DNA of 64,000 nucleotides from Podarcis gaigeae (taxonomy: Eukaryota), in assembly GCA_964106915.2 (NCBI GenBank), contig OZ066916.1; one strand, written 5' to 3'. This document shows positions 1-13,549 of the stretch, one piece after another. Under the pieces are notes generated by a model, which saw only the letters and a list, made by a program, of their open reading frames with translations, ran no database searches and had not been told where the DNA came from. The position numbers and the translations under genes were made by a program. Positions within the stretch are counted from its first letter, which is position 1; each line of letters begins with the position of its first letter.

Positions 1-1044
1 TGTCTCTTAAACAAGGAAGGGCATAATAACCCGGGTGGCTGCAATGATATCAGAGGAGCTTCTGGGAATTTCCCTGTTGAACAGCATTTCTCAGTAGATC
101 AGCAACCCTCTTGTGTACCAAGAAGCTCTCCGGGCTAATAGACTGGTGTTACATGGTTCCATAGGTAGGGCCCATTCTGCATGTAACCAGCCCAAGGAAA
201 GGATGCATGAGAAATATATTGTCTCTGAATTTAGATGCAAACTGACCAGATCCACGTCTTCAAGACTAATGTGCAAATCAGAAGAGAATAATTTTGCACA
301 TCAATTAATTTGGCAATGCAATACTCAACTCAAAAAAAATATTGAAATACATTAAAATGGGTAATTTAGGTTGAAAAAGATTGAGAAATGCATATACTGA
401 AACAGAATACCTATTTCAATATGTATTTTGTGGTAAGTATGTACAGGTGGCAACCATTTTGAGTGGGGGTTCCATTCCTGGCCCCCTCGTGCATTGGCCA
501 AGTGTGCATAAGCCCGCACCATTTTCTGGCCACTTCTGGGGTTGGCAGTGACCAGCATGTGCGTGATTGCACATTAATTGGATGCATGTAAAATGGTCAC
601 TGCCTATAATTGAATGGCCTGCCCATGCCTTAAGATCTTCTGTTGACACTCTACTCCAAGTCTTCTTTACTGGAAAATCATTATATAATTAAAATGGAGA
701 GGGCTTTGTCAGTGGTAGAACCCTAGGTTGGGAATGCACTCCCAAAACAAGGGTATCTGGCATCTACTTTACAATCTTCTTGGCAACAGGTTAAACCTTT
801 AAAAAATATCAAAAAAATCTAGGCATTTTAATTTGAATAATAGCTTACTTAGTTTTCCTTCTCATTTTTATTTGCTGTCTTTTATTCAAGATCGTTAATG
901 TCTTTATCTTATTGTACTAGGAATTTACTAATTTATTATTTATATCTGCTGTATACTGCTCTGTAATTGAACTTGGTGAAGGGATTATTAAAAAAGACAA
1001 CAACTTCTAACCTGCTCTTGGTGTGATGCAGAATTAAGGGGATA

Positions 1045-1270
1045 CAGTGGTATCTTGGGTTACAAACACCTCGGGTTACAGACTCTGCTAACCTGGAAGT
1101 AGTACTTTGGGTTAAGAACTTTACCTCAGGATGAGAACTGAAATCATGTGCCAAGGGCGCAGCAGCAGTGGGAGGCCCCATTAGCTAAAGTGGTACCTCA
1201 GGTTAAGAACAGTTTCAGGTTAAGAACAGACCTCTGGAACGAATTAAGTACGTAACCAGAGGTACCACTG
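1045..1270. mobile_element. Tc1/mariner (Tigger/pogo-like) MITE, ~226 bp
   Basis: TIRs CAGTGGTATCTTGGGTTAC...GTAACCAGAGGTACCACTG flanked by TA on both sides; same family recurs at 30844, 44575, 57510. Confidence 0.85.
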
Positions 1271-2890
1271 TATTCAGTCTCCAACAGAAATTAAATTTCT
1301 CTTTGCAGTGGGGAAATTGAGAAGTCAACTCTTTTTTACTTTCTTCTCAATAAGTAATGTCTGAACAAATGCAGTTACTCATCCTGTATAAGAAGCATTA
1401 CATATCAGAGCTGTTTTACAGCATCTAACATTGTGACATTTATTTTATTACTGTTTTTATTACCGTATTATTATTATTGCCTATTTCTATATTCCTTCTT
1501 TTTTTCCCATTTTGTAACTTGGGTGTACTCTTTGATTCTGAGCTATCACTCTCTGTGTACAGCTTTAAAGTTTTTTCAATGAGTTTTTTGGAATTGTAAA
1601 ACTTATTTTATTCCTTTAAAATATCTCTAATCTAGTCAGGCAAGAGACAAACAACTGAGGGGACTGTGCCTGCCTCCCAGAATTCTTTGCTCTCCGGCCT
1701 CCGTCATGTGAAGAGGGTCATAACCCAACCCATTCGGGTCATCAGCCACTGCCTCAAATTATCTCTAGCCTACCCTTTACTGCAAGTGATGCCATTATAA
1801 ATTATATTATGTTAGTTTATCAATTAAGAATGGGATTTCAGTTGTTGGGATACAATGATGGCAGGAAAAGGATCATGCTTATTTTGTGCACCCAAGGATC
1901 TAGACAGAGTGGGTAAAAATGGGTGCCACCCAACATGGTCTCAAAAACCCAAACCCTGATTTACAAATAGTTTAAAATGACAGTTGCAGAAGTCCTAATG
2001 TCTCCAACAGAATGAAATAGTATCTGCAAATGCTTTTTACCTAGTTGCGTATCATTCTCAAAGACAGGTAATAGGCCTTCTATCCTGTAACCATGATTCA
2101 TATCGCCTTGTGTACACACAATATTTTTTTCTATCTGGCTGCAGCTGCTCATACCATGCCAGATGCTACTCTGGAGGTTTTCCCAAACCCTTGGGCACGC
2201 CTTTTAGGTATAGCTGAATGACTATGATGAAAGAAATGCCCTGGGAACTCCTAGTGCATGCTTGGCTGTTGAAATCTTGGCCTGAATGTTTCACAAGGTG
2301 ATGGATATAATAATATAATAATATAACCCCCAGATGGAGGCTGACAAAAACTAGTTATGCATGTGTAGACCGCTGCATTTCAGTTCTTTCCACATGCTCT
2401 ATACCAAACTAATGACTAGGTTAACATGCCTTTTCAGAGGCCGGTTATGAAATTAGGTAGTAATTCTCAGTCAACTGGAGAACCAAAGCCAAGCGTGACT
2501 TCTTTTCTTTTCTTGGTGTATCTTAGCTACTGTAGAAGCAATAGATAATAATCACTGGCCTCTCATAATCCAAATCCAAGTTCAAAATGCTATGTACTAC
2601 AGCACTAGATCTGAAAAAGAATCCTGACATCCCAAACATTATTAGTCTTACATGTTACAGTTTTATAGCAAAAAAAGCATTAATTTGGTTAAAAAGCTGA
2701 ATGACTTATGAATAAATCAGCCATTTAGCAGTAAAGGAGATTCAGCCAATCTCTTACCATTTTTCATTAGATTCAGCAACTTTAAAACTACACTTTATTA
2801 TTAAAAATGCTCCATGCATGTCCCTATCAACCGAAAAGTGAAAGTGCTGACAGGACAAATTATTGAATTAAGGTTGAAAAACTCTCGTAC

Positions 2891-4741
2891 CTGCTGAAGA
2901 ATTATGAGCTGATGATAGAGATTTGGATTTGGAGTCCGAAAGGCGAGATATGCTGTTCGCTCTCATTCTAGGAGAAACTTTAGTGCTGTCTGCTGGCGGT
3001 GTTATCCTAATGCCACTTCTAATTATGGCTTCTGGAGTACGAGATGATGTCGTGCTTCTAGACATTGTTGCTTCAGAGTCACTGCGCGCTGATAAAGAAC
3101 CAAGTCTATTTCTCCGTGGCTGAGCAAGCAGGTCAATTCTTGAGATATTTCTCCTTCCAGATGGGGGTTTGGAAGTAGAACTTGTAGTAGACACCTCAGA
3201 AGCAACGGATGCTTTATCCGCATCCGCCAGTTCACTATCTGACACTTCACCAAGTCGCGCTCGACGTAAGAGAGAAGTCCTTGTGGGGCGAGGCCTTGGG
3301 AGAGTGGTTGATTTACTGGACTGCCCAGCTGATGCTGGAGAGGTCCTCAACTTGGCTGACTTGATACCTTCTGTTTTGGAATGTAAATGTTCATCTGCTG
3401 AGGTAAAAGATGTCCTTCCATGCGATTTGCCAGAGCATGTTTCCTGGTCAGAAGATAAGATATCAGAAATGGCAGAATGAGGTACGCTGGAAGTTTGGTC
3501 GTCATCTGTTAAATCTACAGAAGGCTGCCTTATTCTTCCACTGCTCTGCACAACCTTGCGTGCATCACCTCTTGAACCAGCATCTGAAGATCGGCTTTTT
3601 GTTTTCTTCTCAATTTTGTCTCTAGCGCTTGTAGAAGATGACTTTGAAGCATCCTTTGAAGGAGAACCAGTGGAACATCTATCTTTGTACAGGGTACTAA
3701 AGCTTTTTCGTTTCTGAGATTGCTTTCTTTCACTGTCTCCAGTAACAAGGCTAATTGTACTAGCTGTATCCACATCTGATTCAGGCGAAATGGAATTATC
3801 TCTATTATAGCTGGGAGTATCAGGTCCTTCGTCGGTTTTGTTTTCTTCACGCAGCTTCGCTTCAAGAAAAGCCATTACAGCTTCAGTGTCCTTTAAGATA
3901 AGTGTTGTATCTAGACTAGAATCTGTTTCCACGGAATCACTTTTCTCACTTATTCTACTAGTGGATGTTAAAGACAATGATGGTGGAGTAGTTCCTGTCT
4001 GTTTATTGATGTGAGGGATTAGTTCTATAGGTATATTTGTGCTTGGTTTATCTATGGTAAAGCTGCCTTGTCTCACCAGCGGCTTCGATGATTCTTTTTT
4101 ATCCCCACTAAACCCTTTTGGAGTTGGACATCTTGTTGCATCTTCCGCTTTCCTTCTTTTCCCGTCACTTTGCACCACTTTACTTTCTGCTTTGCCAGAA
4201 CCACGCCCTGATGCTTTCTCTTTATTGTCTGCTTTATGAGAAAGAGGCGGCTCGTCTCTACTTCTTTCAGCTTGGTTTGGTGTTTTTGAAGAAGATAATT
4301 TAGTGGGGGTCCAATGTGTTACCTCCTTTTGTTCCTGCTGCTTAATTTTAGCCAAAGCTTGTTTTACCACCGATGTTTCTCTGCCATTTTCACTCTTCTC
4401 TTTGTCAGAAGAAAAGGAACTGTTGGAGTGAAGAAGCGCCTTGTCTGCTTTAGGAGACAGGCCATTCATTGCCCTGCTTGCTTTAGTCACGCTCCTGTCA
4501 CTAATTTGCCCTATTTCTTTCTGGGTATGAGTTGGAGTTTCTTTCTCTTGAAGTTCAGTGTCTTGCTTTTCACCTATCTCCGATCGCTGGTGGGTTGTAA
4601 CCTTTGTTCTTTGTCCTTCTGTGGCATTTTCCTCCTTGGGCAACTGTGGAAGTGTTCGCCTCTTTCTATCTCCTTGGCTGGTCAAAGAGGCAGCAGAGGC
4701 AGCACTTCTAGCTGACAGGCCAGATTCACTGATATCTGTAT
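2891..4741 (-). CDS. CEP170: CEP170 large coding exon (1851 nt, phase 1-1), DTDISESG...AHNSSA
   Basis: Matches CEP170 central region ([43 protein letters not shown]); acceptor tgttttag|AT at 4742/4741, donor GCAG|gtacga at 2891/2890. Confidence 0.97.
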
Positions 4742-4880
4742 CTAAAACATAGGAAAATGGGGAGAGGGAAAACATGTTAAGTAAAAGCACTTGTGTGGGA
4801 TTCACCTGACAAGCCGTGTCAGTGGAAGCCCTGGGCAAGGACTTCCACTTCTGTAATAAAGCATACCCTCACAACAGCAC

Positions 4881-5045
4881 CATAGCTGTCAACCTTCCCT
4901 TTTTTGGTGAGAAATTCCCTTATTTCAGAACTGTTTCCCGCTGCTTCCCGCTGCTATCCTGGATTGTTAGATATCCCATAGACTGTCTCCGGGACAGGTG
5001 AGGCTGCTGATCCCTTATTTTCAAATCTGAAAGTTGACAGCTATG
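4881..5045. mobile_element. hAT-type MITE, 165 bp
   Basis: TIRs CATAGCTGTCAAC...GTTGACAGCTATG; 8-bp TSD AACAGCAC at 4873-4880 and 5046-5053. Confidence 0.85.
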
Positions 5046-5120
5046 AACAGCACACAAGGGGAAAAGAGAGGGATTGTTCCATCTGGCAAGCTGCAATGCT
5101 TGTGCAGATGCAACACTCAC

Positions 5121-5144
5121 CATAGCACAACACTGAATGCCACC
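5121..5144 (-). CDS. CEP170: Candidate 24-nt CEP170 microexon (GWHSVLCY)
   Basis: aatttcag|GGTGGCATTCAGTGTTGTGCTATG|gtgagt; strong donor; frame-preserving and stop-free in the phase-1 intron. Confidence 0.45.
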
Positions 5145-5363
5145 CTGAAATTCTACAAATATTACAGATGATTTCAATTAAAATTTAGAGGGAGCCTCAT
5201 TTACTCTTTTTGTTTTGCTTCACAAAGCTTTTAGCATCAAAATTCTTTACAAAGCACCTGTTTTAACAAACACTATTGCTTTAGTGGTTATGAGAAGATT
5301 AACAATTGAGCGTGATAAAACGTGCTGCTAGTAGTTGCTATGAAAGATAAATATGTATAGTAC

Positions 5364-5490
5364 CATTTTCTAGAGGAGCAGGAGCAAATGATTCCATCCG
5401 TACTTCACTTTCTTCATGTTTTGTATGATTAGCAGCCAGACTAGCCCACTGTGACACCCAGCGCTTGCTTCCAGATACACCAGTGCTTTC
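5364..5490 (-). CDS. CEP170: CEP170 coding exon (127 nt), [42 protein letters not shown]
   Basis: Not in the ORF track; manual translation gives the conserved [11 protein letters not shown] motif; acceptor ttattag|GAA, donor AATG|gtacta. Confidence 0.95.
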
Positions 5491-5614
5491 CTAATAACAG
5501 ATTTCAACACAAATCATGCTTACATTGATTTAGTCATTTTAAAGAGAGAGAAAAGGAAAAACATTCAGAAAATTAAGATCTTGGAGAACAAGTCTGCGTG
5601 TGTGTGTGCATGTG

Positions 5615-5616
<2 letters not shown>

Positions 5617-5648
<32 letters not shown>
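5617..5648. repeat. (CA)n microsatellite, read as (UG)n on the CEP170 pre-mRNA
   Basis: Direct reading. Confidence 0.95.
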
Positions 5649-5650
<2 letters not shown>

Positions 5651-8600
5651 TTAAGTGAAATCATGATTCAGTCATTACCATACCTTGACTGATGCCTTTA
5701 CTGCAAGACTAATTAGGAAGGAGTGTCATCTAGTAGTGAACTTGTGGTTAGAAATTGGCAGTGTGCAGTCATATCTTGGCTTAACAAACAGACACATAGA
5801 TAAGTTTTATACACCTATACATGTAGCTGCTTTGATTCTCCCTACATGAGTGGGGAAAACAAACCAGGAATTTACCATAGCTGCCCATTACAACTGAAGA
5901 ACTATGACTGACTGCTTCTGAAACAAGCCAGTTACCAGAGCTTCATATTCTGGCTTGCTTAGAAGGCATCAACCACATTTTGCTAGTTTGAACTTAATAG
6001 TTAATGGCAGCTTTCTGGCTTGTCACCTTGCTTGCATGAAAGAAGTAGCAAACTGGCTGCAGGATGCATAGCTACCTCTCATCCAATTTGATAATCCAAA
6101 CATAGCCAGGGGCATCTATCCATCCATGTTGCTATATTAGCCCTCTTTTATGCAAGTTTAGCATGTACGTTTGACTTTGCTGTTGATTAAGACTATATTA
6201 CACAGGCATTAGCACTGAAACACCATCATTCAGAGGTTACGAATATAACACGTGGAACATATATTACCACCCAACATAGTACCCTATAGGTTGGAATTTG
6301 ATAATAATGGGGTAGGAAAGTATAAAATAATGCCAATGCACTTCACATTTGGCAACCAATGTGCCCATTTGGCTTCAGATTGTACAGGAGTAGACGAGTC
6401 TAAAAAGCCTGGGACACAAATTTCCACAGTTCTCTAGTGGCTATGGTGGCTCATTTGCTAGAAATAATGTATTTAGCACTAACTCTGGAAGTGTATACTC
6501 GATTTTGACCAAACCACATGGGAGCACCACATGGGAAAATCTGGTGCAAGGCCAAGCTCTGCAGTGTTTGCCCTGCAGTCAAGATCACAGATCATGTATT
6601 GCAAGTCTGTATTTAGCATAGCATGGAGAGGAAGAATATTTTTAATTCTTATAATAAAGCTCCATAAGCTCAACATCTGTTTACTCTGTGAAAGTTATTT
6701 CAAATGGTGGGGAAAAGTGGGTCAAATTTAGGCTGGTCTTTGCAAGTATTTGTTGAGGCTTTGAGACTGAGTGAAACTATAAAGGACTCTGAAGCTGCAG
6801 TAGGTTCCTTGTCCAGTAGGTGGCTGTCAAAGAGCCTACTTAGGCTCTCATGTGCCATCAAATTACAGCAGAAGCTGCTTTAGCTTTTTGAAGATTGTAA
6901 AACATGTGTGCAAAATGTTAATTCACGTGAAAGGACTTTTGTATTTCCTGCTCTTGCATGTGTCATATTTTCTCCCTCAAGAACGCAGAAACCCGTCTCT
7001 TCAGTGATGCATCTGCACAGCACTCACTATAAATCCCTTTAAAACATTATTCACATGTAAAATATGGACTGAAGCAAAATCAGTAATTAGAGGAACGGGT
7101 TGGCTTCAAAGTGCTCAGCAACTGTGTGGGAAATGATTATACTACAACCCACTGTGGTAGGCTGATGTGTGGAGATAAAGGCCCAAACTAAACATCAGAC
7201 ACAAACAGCAGCTGCTGGTGGGTGGTTGATATTTATCAGGATTGAAGCAGCCAGGGAGAAGAGATTCTTAACACTTTCCTTCCCTGTAGTCCCAATCTGA
7301 ATCCGCTATTTGCACTGGAAGAAAATTACTTCATTAGCAGTTGCGAGTGCCAAGTTTGGCCTAACGATAACGAATACGGGGCTCTTATACAACAATATTC
7401 ATGGTTCAGGTGAAAGTTTAAAAGAAATTTCTCAAATTTTAAGAATCTGTACTATCCTACAGATTAAATTTAGTCTGTGGATGGTCTCAAATTCATCTTT
7501 GTCACTGCAGGCCCAGGTAGCCTCTTTAGCAGTTTAGACCCTGCATGACAGAAAAAAGTTATCCTGTCCCTGGTAATGTTTAGAATTGACTATTGGTAAC
7601 ATTTTGTAAATGGTCTGCCTTTGAAAACTATTTGGCAAATGCCCTTGGTGCAGAATGCAGATTCCAGGTTACTGTCACTGGTTGTTTTGAACATACCACA
7701 CCAATACTTAAAGAACTTCAGTGGCTGCCAGTTCACTTCTTATTTTTTTTTAAATAGTTTTTTGTGTGTGTTTCTGAACCCAATTCAAAGATCTGGCGTT
7801 TGCTTTTATAGTTCTATGTGGCTTGAGGTCCAGCTAGCTGTATTAACTCTTATTCCTCTGTCAACCAATCTGTGAATTGAGGAAACCTTCAGCGGCTCTC
7901 CTAGCAGAAGCCTCAATATGAAAGGCAACTAGAGAGAGGTCCTTTAGGATTGTGACACTTGGTTCCTGGAACTCCCTCTACAGAAACAAATGTTATCATA
8001 ATTTTGGTGCCAGGCAAATATGTTGTTATTTATTCAGTCCTGTGCTTACACCGTTGCCTTAATATACTGTTATCTGAACCTTGTATTTTATTCAAGGAAA
8101 CAACACCTAAGGATAATATACAAATCTTTCACAAGTAAACAAACGTAGCAGGTTGGTTGTGGGTGACATTCTCAGGGTCAGCTAATAGATACATAATTGT
8201 CATAAGATTGACTTGCATGCATTCATATAGGAAGAAAATATGCATGAACTCAAAGCCCCTGAATTTCTGTTAACTAAAAAAAAAGGTCAAAAGGGCTGTC
8301 TCAACTGTGATTGTGTTTAACCAGGTAACTACCAATTCACAGACTAGTTTCTTCATGTGATCATAGCCAGTTTGTTAAATTCTGTGGCACAATTCATGTG
8401 GTATGTATAAGTAGCCTCCAATATATTGTTAATTTCTAAATAAAACTGATCCAAATTTCAGTGCACTTATTTCCTATACCAAAGTAATTACATCACCATA
8501 AAATGAGTATTGCCACAGACACAGAGATGTGAGATTCTGTAACATCTTATTTTATATTATAGGAATACTTTTCAATATAGTCTCCTTTGGAAAAAACAGA

Positions 8601-8991
8601 ATTACTCATCAAATATTCCCATCAGTCTCAATGGGACTACTCCAAGGTAAGCTGTTTAAGAATGATAAACTGACTGGATTTTGGATTCTATACTTCTTTG
8701 TTCCCATAGCTGCTTATTCCACATTTATATTCCCACCCTTACAAGCCATGTTTTTCATTATACAGTTCTCAAAATGAAAGGGATAGGAAATGACAGAAAT
8801 AAATGATTAAACAATAAGATGTTTTTAAAATATAAAATAATTCCTTGAAAGGATAATCCTGCAAAATATTTTTGCATCTTTGAAATATTAAAGGGGGGGG
8901 GGGGGGAAGAGTAATGAAACTTGAAAAGTCTGGGATTTCTCAGTATCTTAATGCAAAGGAAGCTTAGTCAAAAACCACCAGTAAAGGATTA

Positions 8992-9224
8992 CCGTATTTT
9001 TCACTCTATAAGACGCACCAGACCACAAGACAAGAAAAAAATTATTCTGAATCTCAGAAGCCAGAACAGCAAGAGGGATCACTGTGCAGCGAAAGCAGCA
9101 ATCTCTCTCACTGTTCTGGCTTCTGGGATAGCTGCGCAGCCTGCATTCGCTCCATAAGACGCACACACATTTCCCCTTACTTTTTAGGAGGGAAAAAGTG
9201 AGTCTTATAGAGCAAAAAATTCGG
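8992..9224. mobile_element. Tc1/mariner (Tc2-like, CCGTAT-terminal) MITE, short form
   Basis: TA|CCGTATTTTTCACTCTATAAGAC...GTCTTATAGAGCAAAAAATTCGG|TA; internal palindrome; termini shared with 16499-17103. Confidence 0.8.
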
Positions 9225-10788
9225 TAACTGTCACAACATACCGTTAGACAATGTCAGCAATAAAATAAAATACTTTAACTTCTCAGAAGTTTAATTCCAC
9301 ACATGATTTCCCTTATTCACCTTCTGAAGTTCTTCCAGGAGCCTAACCTAAAGCTCTCTCAATTGTTGGTAGTATTCAAATTATAGGACATATAGAATAT
9401 GTATGCATTGGTTGCTATGGGTATGTTATGGCGTCACTTGCTACAGATTCTACAAGACAGGAACATTCTTTCTAAACACTACTGAGAAAACCTCAATACA
9501 TGTTTTTATTTGGTATTCAAAACCATGGTCCTTTTAAGTAATACCTCAATGGAATAGCTTGTCTCTGGAGGCAAAATTGAGGAATGGTAAAATATTCAGG
9601 TAATTTGATTTGCGGGGGCAAAATGGTGAAAGTTTCAGGGGTGATCAATATATTGCCCATGAACTGCACATAGGTCTTAAACCACCTTTAGAGCATTCCC
9701 AGTAACTCCAGCTTTCATTTCAACACAAAAAGCTTGTAGCTGTTCCTTGTTGCACTGATAGATTCTGGAATGTTGAAAACAGGATGTCCCAATATTAAGG
9801 GTTCAGAAACAATGAAACAAGCCCAAATAATTATAGAAAGTCTCTTTCAAGGCTTGACTCAGAGGAAACACTTCCTGAATAGTAATACTTGTCATGGGCA
9901 AATGCATACCGGCATCTGCTATGTTCTTGACAATGTTGCATAAATTTTACTATTCATAATCAAAATATGATTTTTTCTTAGCCTCCTCTCGTGACATATT
10001 TGTGAGAAAGTTGCCTGCCTTAAGAGTCAATATAATATAGATAGTATATCACCTTCTCAGGCCATCACCTCCATCACAGTTCCTTTAGTTTTCTCTAAAA
10101 CCCACATTCCAACTAAAACTCACAGAATACTAGTTGTTCTGTATAAAATGGCTACTTGCCCAGTTCTGGGATGGGCAGCAGTTGTGGCCCATCATAGCTT
10201 CCCCTTTCCCCCATGGGGAGTGAAAAGCCTCTTGGTATCGGCCAGCCATTGGGTCCTGCCCTTGCAGGGCACTATGAATGGCGGGATAGCCCACCAATGC
10301 CAAATTTGAACTGCCCAGTGAGGGGGCAGACACAGGGGCAGAGCCTGGGTGCATACTGGAGTGCAGAAATCTTTGTTCCGGTCCACCAGCCAGGAATAAA
10401 AGCCTTCTGAGCTGAGTCTTGCAGCTCAGTCAGCCAACGAGCATAAAACATCCTTTTGCTTCAGAATGCAAAGTAAGATGTTTAGAGACTTGCAGTATAA
10501 CATTTGCTTATTTTCAATTTTTCCATTCTATAACAATGAGATAATTTTATAAAATGGTGTTCACAGTGTTATTGAAAATGGATTTTAGTAAAACACCATG
10601 TGGGTCAAAATGTGATTTGGAAACAGTGGCATGATCAGACTTTTTCTACTTGGCATTGAGATTGCCCACTTAACAGTATAGTACCATATTATAGTGTAAT
10701 AATAAAAGTTTTGAATAGTGATGAATGGCATGGCTGAAAATTCTTTTCTGTGGTTCCTCCCTCTTAGCCCTCTCCGCTAAACACCATA

Positions 10789-11153
10789 AAGGTAAAAGGT
10801 AAAGGTACCCCTGCCCGTACGGGCCAGTCTTGACAGACTCTGGGGTTGTGCGCCCATCTCACTCAAGAGGCCAGGGGCCAGCGCTGTCCGGAGACACTTC
10901 CGGGTCACGTGGCCAGCGTGACATCGCTGCTCTGGCGAGCCAGAGCTGCACACGGAAACGCCGTTTACCTTCCCGCCAGTAAGCGGTCCCTATTTATCTA
11001 CTTGCACCCGGGGGTGCTTTCGAACTGCTAGGTTGGCAGGTGCTGGGACCGAGCAACGGGAGCGCACCCAGCAGCGGGGATTCGAACCACCGACCTTTCG
11101 GTCGGCAAGCCCTAGGCGCTGAGGCTTTAACCCACAGCGCCACCCGCGTCCCC
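10789..11153 (-). mobile_element. Sauria SINE, full length
   Basis: tRNA-like head (GGGACGCGGGTGGCGCTGTGGG...GGTTCGAATCC on minus strand), (ACCTTT)n tail, TSD CTAAACACCATA at 10777-10788 and 11155-11166. Confidence 0.92.
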
Positions 11154-12430
11154 ACTAAACACCATACTTCAGATTAATAGTGCCACTTCAAGGTACATTG
11201 CAAATCCCTCATTTTATTTTGGCTATCTGTCAATGAACTTGACTCACTTAATCAATATGGGGTTTTTTTAAGAAAAAAAACCCCAAAATATTAAGATACT
11301 GCTTGGAGTTTTCAAAATAAATCTTATACAATATATCATCTTATATAAATATATAACATTGAATATGGGTATTAAGGTTGCATACTCACATTTAAAGCAC
11401 ATTCCCCCCTCAAGAATCATTGGATCTGTTGTTTACCCCTCACAGCACCACAGTTCCCAGGATTCTCTTTTTGGGGAGGTGGGGATGTACTTTAAATGCA
11501 TAATGCATAAACAGCCGAAGAAACAGAACAGATGCTGCTTTACAACAGTTCTGGAAAAGAAAGTATTAGAAGGAAATTCAGCTCCAGGTGACAAAAATAA
11601 CTGTATATAAGAAAGGTAAAAATAAGGATTAGTAAAAGAGTTGTGTAATTTCTTCCCATATTTAAGCTTAAGGAACGATATCATTATGCATAGCAAACTC
11701 AGGTAACAGTTACATATTTTATCTTAGATGTCTTTATCACCCCTTTCCCTTCATGTTTAGGTGAAACATACAGGTGCTTATTGCATTTGCTGCTCTCTGT
11801 AGTTCCATCTATGGTTGCAGGAGTCTTTTTTGGTGTAAGAAAGTTTGGCTTTACTGTCATTCCTTAGACCTTCTTCGTGAACCTCTAAAATATTACTAGA
11901 CACTATCAAAAGTTGACACAGAGGTTTATTATAGACTTAAATGCTATGCTGATTCCTGAGCACGATGGCAATGCTTTTGCAAAAGCAGTGATCCATGAAC
12001 TTTCCATCTGGAAAGATCAACGTCTTTCCATCTGCACTCACAGTCTGCATGTCCTTTTCCTTGCATAATTGCAAATTTCAGAACTTTTCTTGACCAACAC
12101 CCGAATATAGTATAGCTAACAATGCAGCAACTCTGGTATTTATCTTTTCTTTAGTTGCTTCTGTCATATCTGCACAGTGGCATACATAAATGAAATGCTG
12201 CACAGAAGAGCATGCTATGTATTATGCGCAAAGGTCGCAAGTGGCCATGGTTTTGCAGAGAAGAGATATAAGCTCTAACAAAGAAATCAGAGATACAATA
12301 ATTTAAAAATTAGTTCATATTCTCTAAGGAAGCTTTGCTTGCTAGCTACTTAATACTGACTATATTAAGGTCCTCTCCTTTGTTGGTAGAGTAGAAAAAA
12401 GAAGATGACCCATCAAAAATTGAATTCTAC

Positions 12431-12580
12431 CTCTGTGTCAAGAAATCCAGTTGTACTCAGTGGTCTTTTTTCTTCCAGCACTACTGTAGCAGAATTTATA
12501 GCCCAATCTTTTACTAAATCTTTCTGGCTCTCGTTGATAACAGGCCTATTATAATCCTGGCTGTCATCCACTCCAAAAAC
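12431..12580 (-). CDS. CEP170: CEP170 coding exon (150 nt), [17 protein letters not shown]...GFLDTE
   Basis: CEP170 homology; acceptor tattttcag|GTT, donor GAG|gtagaa; phase 0-0. Confidence 0.96.
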
Positions 12581-13549
12581 CTGAAAATAAAACAAATAAT
12601 CACACACATTAACTGAAAGCCTTCCCAATTAAATTAAATTTGAATGTATGGGTGGTCCTCTAACAAATCAGTTAGCCAGTTAAAAAAAAGAGCAGAAACT
12701 TGAATAGCTTGTTGTGAAGTGTAAATCTTGCCAACAATTTGCTATTAAAAATAGAGCTTTGCAAGCAGAACTGATATGTTCCAGTTCTAGGGAAGGTTCA
12801 AATAAGTTAATTATTCTTATTTTTCTAATGTTAGACTAATATGAAAAGAAGAGGGATGACCTAACTGTAAAAATAAAATAACTTCAAAATACTCTTTGAG
12901 GGTTTTTCAAGCTTTTAATTTGTATATAAAGCTATGTTTACGCATTATTTGCTAGCATCATGTGGATTATAAAGATCTCATTGGGTTTAAGAAAAATGTA
13001 GTCACTTTTGAGATATCTCCTCAATGTGCACAGTTACATATCAATTTACTTATGTTCCCTTAAAACGTGGTTAAGTGTGTGCATGCCTGCCTGAATGCAG
13101 CAGGCGAAAACAGCCCACAGCAAGGAAGCTACCATCAAGAGAAAACAATTACGCAAAAATCAATAGTAATTGAAAAGAAGGGGGCAACAGTCTTACTAGT
13201 AAAGTGAGTATGAGGTAATGCTGAAGACAGCTGCAGATTCCTTCTGCACTATGAGGAAAGATGTTAAAAGACTTACAATTCTTTAATTCTATTGCAGAAA
13301 CTAAAATGTGCCATCAGCACCCACAGTAGGCAAACACAGCCTCCAACTAATACCACATATTATTATATTAACTCTACTTCGTACTTATTAATAAAGTTCC
13401 CATCCTCTTTTCTTCCTTTTCTGCTGACTGATCTACGAAGGAGTTTACAACATCAGCTGAGTATACCATTTACCTATTTCTGTGTTTCTGTCATAGTAGC
13501 AGCTTCCTTGTCCAACTTTCTCTACTCCCTGGTGGGCTAGGAACAAAGG

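Noticed and set aside
1961-2260. Exon-like ORF ending at a possible donor CTAG|gtaaaa (2041)
   Set aside because: No phase-compatible good acceptor and no similarity to the next expected CEP170 exon (VNSRWRRFP), which appears to lie outside the window
4742-4838. N-terminal part (MPRASTD...FSYVL) of the 656-aa ORF
   Set aside because: Intron read-through including the polypyrimidine tract; CEP170 homology starts at the acceptor 4741
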